A stretch of DNA of 32,000 nt. Source: Candidatus Fokinia solitaria (GTDB taxonomy: Bacteria > Pseudomonadota > Alphaproteobacteria > Rickettsiales > Midichloriaceae). Of the stretch, positions 16,608 through 24,251 are shown piece by piece. The stretch is taken from the NCBI RefSeq assembly GCF_003072485.1, contig NZ_CP025989.1, positions 240,001-272,000 of the forward strand, written 5' to 3'. The translations under genes were made by a program, and so were the position numbers. Below the pieces are notes generated by a model. That model ran no database searches, was not told where the DNA came from, and worked only from the letters and a program-made list of their open reading frames with translations. Positions within the stretch are counted from its first letter, which is position 1, and each line of letters begins with the position of its first letter.

Positions 16608-17618
16608 TCATTTAATTGTTTTCTTATCATTATGTAGTGTCATGACGGTATCGAGGATATCATCTGTATCAGCATGTAAATATACGGATGTAGAGGCAAT
16701 TGAAGAGTGTCCAAGCAATTCTTGTATTTTTCGTATATCTCCTCCGTGCTTTATCAGATGTGTTGCGAAGCTATGTCTTAAGGTGTGAGGAGATGTTGTA
16801 GCTTCGATGCCGAGAGATGCTAATATAAGCTTCATTTGCCTTCTAAATACATCAGGGTTCAACATATCGCCTTTCATACCGACAAATATTGGTTGCTGCT
16901 GTGCCGCTTGATATGGACATCTCTCGATATATTGCAACAGTGCATCCAGCACATAAGGTAAAAGCGGTACACTTCTATCTTTTTTCCCTTTTCCCTTTAC
17001 CGTAAGGTTGACATCATTTCTATTGAAGTTTTGTTTAAGATCTTCCGCATTGAAGTCTATGTTTGGAAGATCACGCTTCGTAATCTTTAGTACTTCTCCT
17101 ATTCTTAAGCCGCTTCCATATAGCAAAGCGATGATGCTTTTATCTCTGTAAAATAGCCATTCTTCCGGATATAAATTACTGTTGGAAAATTTACATAATG
17201 CAATACTACTACTTTCAGATATTGCCTTTGGTAGAGTGCTTCCCGTTGTTTTGATTTTTAATTTATCAATACTTATAAGCGTCGCGACCTCATAGCTTAA
17301 CTCATTTCTCAAATGAAGCAAAAAATACCGTAATCCGCACAGTGCTCTGCTGTTTGTTTTGCTACTGACCTTATGTTCTGCTCTGAAAGCTAGCCATGCT
17401 CTCATAGTTTGCACAGTTGCTTCAGTGACATAAAGAAGAGTACATTTTGTGCCGTGATAATGAGATAAAAATACTATGAATGATGATACGTCTTGCGCGT
17501 ACGCTCTCGACGTATTCTCACTGACGTACACTTCGATGTATGAATAGAACTTCTCTATTACCTTTGCTAAAACGTCGTCGCAGAAGCTTTGTAATGACTG
17601 TAACTTCATAAAACGCAA
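16608..17618 (-). CDS. xerC: Tyrosine recombinase XerC/XerD-like (ATG start more likely 17609)
   Basis: N-terminal SAM-like domain (YSYIEVYVSENTSRAYAQDVSSFIVFL); catalytic set R in LLYGSGLRIGEVL, K in VKGKGKKDRSVPL, HTLRHSFATHL, QELLGHSSIASTSVYLHAD. Confidence 0.92.
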   Translation of the reverse strand: MRFMKLQSLQSFCDDVLAKVIEKFYSYIEVYVSENTSRAYAQDVSSFIVFLSHYHGTKCTLLYVTEATVQTMRAWLAFRAEHKVSSKTNSRALCGLRYFLLHLRNELSYEVATLISIDKLKIKTTGSTLPKAISESSSIALCKFSNSNLYPEEWLFYRDKSIIALLYGSGLRIGEVLKITKRDLPNIDFNAEDLKQNFNRNDVNLTVKGKGKKDRSVPLLPYVLDALLQYIERCPYQAAQQQPIFVGMKGDMLNPDVFRRQMKLILASLGIEATTSPHTLRHSFATHLIKHGGDIRKIQELLGHSSIASTSVYLHADTDDILDTVMTLHNDKKTIK

Positions 17619-17623
17619 AAAGG

Positions 17624-17696
17624 TGGTCAGAGCCGGAATCGAACCGGCGACACAAGGATTTTCAGTCCTTTGCTCTACCGACTGAGCTATCTGACC
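17624..17696 (-). tRNA. tRNA-Phe (anticodon GAA)
   Basis: Reverse complement GGTCAGATAGCTCAGTCGGTAGAGCAAAGGACTGAAAATCCTTGTGTCGCCGGTTCGATTCCGGCTCTGACCA folds as a cloverleaf: 7-bp acceptor stem, GGTTCGATTCC T-arm, anticodon loop CTGAAAA. CCA not fully encoded. Confidence 0.95.
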
Positions 17697-17953
17697 TCAA
17701 AAATGGGCATACCATGTATCACTTGAGATGCTTTCTCTCGAATCTGACTCGTTGAGTGCTGAATGATACCCCACATATTAAGAAGTACATACGGTATTGC
17801 ATGCTGTCAATACGGATCTTCTCATTCATGATTTAAAGTGAAAGATTTTATCGCATAAGTGCCGCTTACCGAAAGGCTGTAGCACTACTTCGTTTATGAT
17901 TTATGTAAGTGATTGTATCGATTTGATAAACACGCTTGTAGTCCGAAAAATAC

Positions 17954-17983
17954 TTGCACAATTTTCGTAATAGTGCTTATATT
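17954..17983 (+). promoter_or_regulatory. Candidate sigma70-type promoter of the ATPase-TOPRIM gene
   Basis: TTGCAC (17954..17959), 18-nt spacer, TATATT (17978..17983), located 35 nt upstream of the ORF start. Confidence 0.45.
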
Positions 17984-18018
17984 GTACGTAATTATTTCAA
18001 AATTATTTAATTTACAAG

Positions 18019-20613
18019 TTGTTTATGATGGACAATATGGATAATGGTACTTCAATGGAAGGAAAGGACCAAGTAAATGGCGTGAAGAGCGCGGAAGAGA
18101 AAGCGGCGGAAGCGGCTGAGGAAACGAAGGGGGCGAGCGTGGCGGAGAATCATGGCGTCGCTGAAGAAGAGAGCGGTGCGGATGAGTTGGCTGAGGAAGC
18201 GGAGGAAAGTGCGGAAGCAGTTGAGGAAGCGAAGGGGGCGAGCGTGACGGAGAGTCCTGGCGTCGCTGAAGAAGAGAGCGGTGCGGATGAGTTGGCTGAG
18301 GAAGCGGAGGGGGCGAGCGTGACGGAGAGTCCTGGCGTCGCTGAAGAAGAGAGCGGTGCGGATGAGTTGGCTGAGGAAGCGGAGGAAAGTGCGGAAGCGG
18401 CTGAGGAAGTGGAGGAAAGTGCGGAAGCGCAAGGAGAGGACGTTAAATCTGATTCATTTATAGTAAAAGCGGGGACTGGAATCTTTCAGAATGATGTAGA
18501 GCTAGTTATTAAAAGAAATAAGGAAAGCAAGAAAAGTGAGAAAAGCGGAAAAAAACATGGTGATTTAGTAGTGATTACGGGAGTCAATGGCGTGGGGAAA
18601 ACACAGTTTTTGAAAGGTATTAGTGAGGGAAAAAATGACTTTCTCCTCACATCTCGTAGTGGTAGTAGTAAAGCAAATGCTGAAGAGGGAGTACATAGAG
18701 TTAGTACAGTTAGAGGCGCAGTGGAGTGTATGAATTTTTTCTTTGATAAGGATTGGAAAAAGAAAAATAGCGCTTTCTCAAATGGGGTACATACTTTAGA
18801 ACGTAGTTTATTTAAGCGTACTTCTAGAGAATACAAAGAGAGAGTACATTGCATTTTATCGTATGTAATACCGCCATTGCTCTCGTTGCAAGATAATTTA
18901 CATGAGACAACTAATGCTGCTCAAGCTGCTGCTTTTAAAGAAGGATATAACTTAATTGCGAAAAAATTCGCTCTCCCTGCTTATGAGGATTTAGAACACT
19001 TTTTTAAAGGGAAGAATTTAGATGCATCTGCCGTTAATGTAATTTTAATGCAGTATTTTTGTACTCAATATATGCGAAATAGAGAGAACCTTCCACATCC
19101 GCAACGAGATGAATACTGGAAAATTTTCTCCAATCATGCGTACCATATTCATATGACGCACTCTCATTTAGTAGAGATTTTTAAAAAAGAAAAGAAACAA
19201 GATGGCGAATTTATAGAATGGGCGCAATTGGAAGAGTATATAGAAGAGCTTGTCATACGAGAAAATCTCAAAGAGAGGTTGTCAAGTATGCAGAGCATTG
19301 TCGATGTAATACAGTGTACTATGCGAGCAGGTGCGTTGTGTGAGATCAAGAAAAAGATTGATAATATCAAAGATTCTAAGCTTCAAAATGTCGCTTTTGA
19401 ATATAAATTGAGAGATGTTTCCGATTTATCTCATCCAGGAATAGAGTTTGACGATAAAAATAAGCAGTTGATAAAGTTTGAAGATCTGTCAAGTGGCGAG
19501 CAAGTCATGTTCGAACTGATATGTTATGCAGCTCTTTGTAAGATATTAAGTGTGAAGTATCTGCTATTTGATGAGTTTGATGCGAGTTTGAACCCTACAT
19601 TAATGGAGTCATATATCAAAAATATAAGAGATATATTATTAGAGAATGGCATCACTGTTGTGCTTACTACTCATAATCCTTCTACTGTGGCAGTAGTATA
19701 TCCATATGAATTATGGTGGATGGAGAGAAATTACAATACTGAAGATAAGAAATACGAAGTGACGTTGAAGAACGCTGAGAATGAAGAGGGAAGGAGGAAA
19801 GCTAAAAAGCAAAATAATAAGAGTCAAGATACATCGAAGAATGCTAATGATGAAATATTCGATAAGCGAGCAATTCTGCAAAAATTAGCGCCGAAATTTA
19901 TTCCAAGCGGCGATGCTGCGCATCTAATATACAACGCATTGCCTGGAGATAGAAAGATAGTATTTGTAGAAGGAAGAGCGGACGTACAGTACTTATATAA
20001 CAAGTCTTTAGTGCGCAAGTCTAATGAAAAGTATCATTTTAGCTATTTAAATGGCGCCGGCAACGTTAAAAATATTTGTGCGGTACTAACATCGTTAAAC
20101 AGCGGAGAACAAGCCATTTTCGAAAGACAGTTCATCTTTATGTTGGATCATGATGAAGCAGGCTTTGATAGTATGAAAGGATTATTGTCTAGTGAAGATA
20201 TAGAATTTAGCCAAATTATCCCTTCAGATACGAATGAAAATGAGGAAACAGATAGTGAAAAAGCAAAGTGGATAGAGCGTTGTAAGAAGAGAGAAGGAAT
20301 TTTAATACTTAAGAAATTTTTTTGCGTAACGACGTTAGTGCCGCCTGATAACTACAATTTTAAAGAGCATAGATATAGAGAATTGCACTACAAAAATTGT
20401 GGATCGAAAACTACAGAGAAAAATAGTCGTGGATACATCTTAGAAGATCTTATGAGGGAGGATATCAAGAATAAGGAAGAGGGGAGAGAAGGAGAAGCTA
20501 TAAAAAGGCAATTTGACTGGCTTGATAAAATCGTACAGAAGTACGAAGAAACTCATCCTAAGAGCGAGGACGATAAGGCGAATAATGTAGATGAAGCAAC
20601 TAAGGATAAGTAA
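18019..20613 (+). CDS. ABC/SMC-like AAA ATPase fused to TOPRIM-like domain (OLD / PARIS AriA-AriB-like candidate), with acidic repeat N-terminus. Track start is TTG; ATG at 18025 or 18028.
   Basis: Walker A ITGVNGVGKTQFLKGI, ABC signature-like DLSSGEQVMFEL, Walker B YLLFDEFDASLNP, H-loop-like LTTHNPSTV, then TOPRIM-like IVFVEGRADVQYLY and FIFMLDHDEAGFDSM. Confidence 0.88.
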   Translation: MFMMDNMDNGTSMEGKDQVNGVKSAEEKAAEAAEETKGASVAENHGVAEEESGADELAEEAEESAEAVEEAKGASVTESPGVAEEESGADELAEEAEGASVTESPGVAEEESGADELAEEAEESAEAAEEVEESAEAQGEDVKSDSFIVKAGTGIFQNDVELVIKRNKESKKSEKSGKKHGDLVVITGVNGVGKTQFLKGISEGKNDFLLTSRSGSSKANAEEGVHRVSTVRGAVECMNFFFDKDWKKKNSAFSNGVHTLERSLFKRTSREYKERVHCILSYVIPPLLSLQDNLHETTNAAQAAAFKEGYNLIAKKFALPAYEDLEHFFKGKNLDASAVNVILMQYFCTQYMRNRENLPHPQRDEYWKIFSNHAYHIHMTHSHLVEIFKKEKKQDGEFIEWAQLEEYIEELVIRENLKERLSSMQSIVDVIQCTMRAGALCEIKKKIDNIKDSKLQNVAFEYKLRDVSDLSHPGIEFDDKNKQLIKFEDLSSGEQVMFELICYAALCKILSVKYLLFDEFDASLNPTLMESYIKNIRDILLENGITVVLTTHNPSTVAVVYPYELWWMERNYNTEDKKYEVTLKNAENEEGRRKAKKQNNKSQDTSKNANDEIFDKRAILQKLAPKFIPSGDAAHLIYNALPGDRKIVFVEGRADVQYLYNKSLVRKSNEKYHFSYLNGAGNVKNICAVLTSLNSGEQAIFERQFIFMLDHDEAGFDSMKGLLSSEDIEFSQIIPSDTNENEETDSEKAKWIERCKKREGILILKKFFCVTTLVPPDNYNFKEHRYRELHYKNCGSKTTEKNSRGYILEDLMREDIKNKEEGREGEAIKRQFDWLDKIVQKYEETHPKSEDDKANNVDEATKDK
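18130..18432 (+). repeat. In-frame coding repeats: three copies of a 25-aa acidic unit
   Basis: Units start at 18130 (GASVAENHGVAEEESGADELAEEAE), 18235 (GASVTESPGVAEEESGADELAEEAE) and 18310 (same as the second). They are interspersed with ESAEA(V/A)EE(A/V)-type segments. DNA of copies is nearly identical. Confidence 0.95.
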
Positions 20614-20841
20614 GGTAATCAAGGATAAGTGATGTGACCGAGGGTGATGCTGCCAAAAGCTGATACTTAAGGCTTGCTTCAAGAAATGATGCGTCATCTC
20701 ACGTCAATCTTTACAAAGCATCGAGAGTCTCTATTTAACGGAGATTCGCGAGTGCTATATCTATGACAAAACATGCAATAAGCGCAAAGACTATCACAAC
20801 GAAGTAGAAAAGATGATACAGAGAGTGAGGGAGAGATATGG

Positions 20842-20912
20842 AGCGGGTGATGGGAATCGAACCCACGCGGCTAGCTTGGAAGGCTAGAACTCTACCATTG
20901 AGCTACACCCGC
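20842..20912 (-). tRNA. tRNA-Gly (anticodon TCC)
   Basis: Reverse complement GCGGGTGTAGCTCAATGGTAGAGTTCTAGCCTTCCAAGCTAGCCGCGTGGGTTCGATTCCCATCACCCGCT; anticodon stem CTAGC/GCTAG with loop CTTCCAA. Confidence 0.95.
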
Positions 20913-21096
20913 AACGTACTTGTAACATATAAAATGAATGCTGAGACGTCAATATGAAAATCCCTAAGATTGTTAATGTTCGTTATTTTTGAAGGATGTA
21001 TTTACTTTTTCGAAGCATGCGACATGTATTGAAGGTTACGTAAAATTATGCTACATAGTGTCATACAAATTTCTTGATGTGAGTTTTTTTACGCCG

Positions 21097-21525
21097 ATGC
21101 AAAAGTATACCTTCTCTATCATAAAGCCAGATGCAGTGGCGAAGAAGAAAATAGGCGCAATAATAGCTGATATTGAGAATGCGGGATTTGCGATAGTTGC
21201 GCAAAGGATGATTCGTATGTCAAAAGATGATGCGCGCGAGTTTTATAAGATTCACTCAGCAAGACCATTTTTCGATTCACTGGTAGATTACATGTCTTCC
21301 GGTGCTGTAGTGGTGCAAGTTCTAAGCAAAGATGGAGATGATGTTGTCGCTGCTTATAGGAAGTTGATGGGTGCTACAAATCCTGCTGATGCGGAAGTCG
21401 GTACGTTGAGGAAGTCGTATGGTGCGAGTATAGAAGAGAATGCTGTACATGGTTCTGACTCGGAGGAAAATGCTAAGATCGAGATAGAGTTCTTCTTCAA
21501 GAGTGGTGATTTTTGCAATAAGTAA
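21097..21525 (+). CDS. ndk: Nucleoside diphosphate kinase (start set at MQKYTFSIIKPDAV; the ORF track extends to 20989)
   Basis: YTFSIIKPDAVAKKKIGAIIADIENAGF, ARPFFDSLVDYMSSGAVVVQVL, MGATNPADAEVGTLRKSYG, ENAVHGSDSEENAKIEI (catalytic His). Confidence 0.95.
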   Translation: MQKYTFSIIKPDAVAKKKIGAIIADIENAGFAIVAQRMIRMSKDDAREFYKIHSARPFFDSLVDYMSSGAVVVQVLSKDGDDVVAAYRKLMGATNPADAEVGTLRKSYGASIEENAVHGSDSEENAKIEIEFFFKSGDFCNK

Positions 21526-21747
21526 TTAGAAAGTATTTTCGAAACTGGCGCTTTTTCATTAGTTTTGTGCGAAGATGAGTCGTATGTTACATGTAGGGAG
21601 TTACGAGGATAAATCTGTCTTAAAATTGCGTAGAAGATTCATTCTGAGATGTTTAAATGAAAGTTCGAGCGTTCTGTAACATATACTGAATCATCTGTAT
21701 CATGAGTGATTTTCCATCACTATAGCGCCATAGAATGCGTAATCTTT

Positions 21748-22368
21748 TCAAAGATTTATTTCTTTAAGATGCATCTTCTTTTTGAATAACTCTAATACTT
21801 TTATTATTTTTTCCTTGTATCTTTCTGAATAAATTGGAGTGAAAGAATGAAATTGTGAAGCGGCTTTTAGCCACTCTGAAGTATTTTTGTAATTCTTCGC
21901 AATAAGATATGAAGCGTAAGCTATATTATTTGCTGGTTCCATCATTTGCTCTATACTGTCGAAATTATGCCCGTGATATCTGTAATTTATTTGAGAACAT
22001 CCAACATCTATATTTGATATTCCTTCATTAATTTTGCTGTTGAAAAATTTCACCGCTTCGTTTTTAGTAGAAAATCTGTAAGATTCGCCGGCGATCCCTA
22101 TTGTCCAAGGCCATGCTAGCGCCATTCTTGCTTCTGAGTTGTATACGCCAGATTCTACTACCGTAACAGCTAGTAATAAGTTTTCAGATATATTGTATTT
22201 TTTCTCATAAAAAATTGCTGGAATGATGCATTTTCTATGCTCAAGTATATTGAACTTGACGTTAGAAGCACTGTAGCTATTCTTATGAAAACAGAAAGAG
22301 AGTATCAGTAGTGTAACGAAAATACTGCGCGCTTTCCATGTTTTCATAGGTGACAAAAAGGAAGCCAA
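21748..22368 (-). CDS. Lytic transglycosylase-like (SLT domain) exported protein
   Basis: 206 aa; signal-like N-terminus; YNISENLLLAVTVVESGVYN, GISNIDVGCSQINYRYHGHNFDSIEQMMEPANNIAYASYLIAKNY (SLT pattern with Glu, GxxQIN and NI..G/A motifs). Confidence 0.82.
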   Translation of the reverse strand: MASFLSPMKTWKARSIFVTLLILSFCFHKNSYSASNVKFNILEHRKCIIPAIFYEKKYNISENLLLAVTVVESGVYNSEARMALAWPWTIGIAGESYRFSTKNEAVKFFNSKINEGISNIDVGCSQINYRYHGHNFDSIEQMMEPANNIAYASYLIAKNYKNTSEWLKAASQFHSFTPIYSERYKEKIIKVLELFKKKMHLKEINL

Positions 22369-22448
22369 TAATTAGATATTCTGACACACGTATTGCAAAA
22401 AGCAAGATATCTATGTATGCTTACGCTGAGTTGAACATACTTAATTAA

Positions 22449-22757
22449 GTGATCATGCACAGCATCTTAAATCTCCTTCATATTGCTCCATCTTTCTTTA
22501 TTCTTGGCTTACTCTCAGTGCTTTGTGTCCGCTTTTTATGGCGTAGGTACGTCAATAACGGATTGAACTATGAAGTTGAGGCTTTTTCTTTGACGAGTTC
22601 TTTAGTGCTTTCAGCTATTGGAATCATAGCGGGTAGCTTTGTGCATCATAGCCATGAGAGTAGCTTAAGTCTTCTAGATCCTTGTTTCGTATATGCTATT
22701 GCATCCGTTGTTGTTGCTGTTGCTTATCGCAAGGTATTGGCGAGAAAAAACGCATAA
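22449..22757 (+). CDS. Small predicted membrane protein, function unknown
   Basis: 102 aa ORF with three hydrophobic segments (ILNLLHIAPSFFILGLLSVLCVRFLW; LTSSLVLSAIGIIAGSFV; DPCFVYAIASVVVAVAY). Confidence 0.5.
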   Translation: MIMHSILNLLHIAPSFFILGLLSVLCVRFLWRRYVNNGLNYEVEAFSLTSSLVLSAIGIIAGSFVHHSHESSLSLLDPCFVYAIASVVVAVAYRKVLARKNA

Positions 22758-23020
22758 TTTTCTTGGTATAAAAAAGGCAGTACTATAGCGCTTTGCGATA
22801 TATCATTCTTCAAGAGTGTCGCTATAGTCTGTCTTGAGTGCATGCAAATATAGTTCTCCGCTAAGAGATCTTCTACAAGGGTGCTGCATTTACATCTCTG
22901 CTTTTTTGCATCTCTGTTTATCGTAGCGCGCAACATCCGTTGCATTCGGTAGTTACTTCCTTGCTCTTCCAAGTGACTGTATTCCCGGTGCGTTCTCTTG
23001 GGATATCTCATGGTGTGTTT

Positions 23021-23594
23021 GCCTGATATGACGTGAGTCTTTAAGGTGACATTAGATCAGTTCTTGAGTTTATTTTGTGCTATTAAGAAATATCAGCGAA
23101 TTTAATATTTTCTACGACTGATATCCGCTTATAGTGTGATTGCTGATTTCATGATAGAGCGTGTTGCCTGATATGACGCGAGTTTCTAAGGCAACATTAG
23201 ATCAGTTCTTGATTTTACTTTGTGCTATTAAGAAATATCAGCGAATTTAATATTTTCTACGACTGATATCCGCTTATAGTGTGATTGCTGATTTCATGAT
23301 AGAGCGTGTTGCCTGATATGACGCGAGTTTCTAAGGCAACATTAGATCAGTTCTTGATTTTACTTTGCGCTATTAGGAAATATCAGCGAATTTAATATTT
23401 TCTACGACCGATATCCGCTTATAGTGTGATTGCTGATTTCATGATAGAGCGTGTTGCCTGATATGACGTGAGTTCTTAAGGTAACATTAGATCAGTTCTT
23501 CAGTTTATTTTGCGCTATTAGGCAATATCAGCGAATTTAATATTTTCTACGGCTGATATCCGCTTATAGTGTGATTGCTGATTTCATGATAGAT
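23021..23594. repeat. Noncoding tandem repeat, four copies of a 145-bp unit (last copy slightly truncated)
   Basis: Units begin with gcctgatatgacg(t/c)gagt at 23021, 23166, 23311 and 23456. All contain (g/t)ta/cattagatcagttctt...aatatcagcgaatttaatattttctacg(a/g)c(t/c)gatatccgcttatagtgtgattgctgatttcatgatag. Confidence 0.97.
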
Positions 23595-24251
23595 TTTAAG
23601 AAAGTATCAGTCTTGCGATGATCTTCCTGATTATTTTGAAAAATAGTGCTTTAAAGTATCACGTATAAGGAGAGTAGCGAAGTTACTATTGAAGCTAAAA
23701 ATAGTTACCATAAAAAGAGACATCAAGTGCGACACATAGTTCTGTGTATAATCTCTATTCTACAGTTTCATATTTTATATTGTCAGTGATTAAGGAATGT
23801 TGTTAGTGCACTGATTACAGGTAAAGCATGTACAGCAGCATGTGTGTTACATTAATTGCATAGGATTTTTTATAGCTTGATGAAAATTCGAAGCATATGC
23901 TGATTGATATGATTGAAAAGGTAAAAATATGTATTTATTTCTCTTGTCTTTAAGCTATTTCTGAAGTGCGTTTTTACGCGGCAGTGTAATTTGAGAATAT
24001 TCTTATTCGATAAGTATTTTGCGAGTATTTGCTCTTTGTATAACGAATAGTGAGATATATTATTTTGATATTTTATATCTTTCTGTAGCGATAGATTATA
24101 ATCATGATCGTAATTTTATATACGAATCGTATATTTATCTGTAATTATCCAGAGCTATAGTGCTTAGCTTATTATGAAGTATTGTAAAGTACGCATAATT
24201 TTCTTACCATTATCTTCTTAATGAGAGTACATCTGTAGTCCAAATGCATTA

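Noticed and set aside
16608-17618. Tyrosine recombinase considered as an active mobile-element integrase
   Set aside because: Length, domain layout and motifs are those of XerC/XerD. No excisionase, relaxase or phage genes are nearby, so it is called as Xer and only its position is flagged.
18052-18432. 126-aa minus-strand ORF (MRFRTFLHFLSRFRTFLRFL...)
   Set aside because: It is the reverse complement of the acidic coding repeats of the ATPase-TOPRIM gene. Its length and repetitiveness are a by-product of the repeat and codon bias on the plus strand.
20989-21096. N-terminal 36-aa extension of ndk in the ORF track
   Set aside because: The conserved NDK fold starts at MQKYTFSIIKPDAV (21097); upstream residues do not resemble the family and probably are leader sequence.
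23021-23594. Tandem repeats considered as a CRISPR array
   Set aside because: The whole 145-bp unit is repeated, with no variable spacers between short conserved repeats, and no cas gene is nearby.
22758-24251. Search for RNase P RNA or tmRNA in the long noncoding gap
   Set aside because: No GAGGAAAGTCC-type RNase P core or tmRNA acceptor/tag-like sequence was seen by eye on either strand. A covariance-model search would be needed to exclude other ncRNAs.
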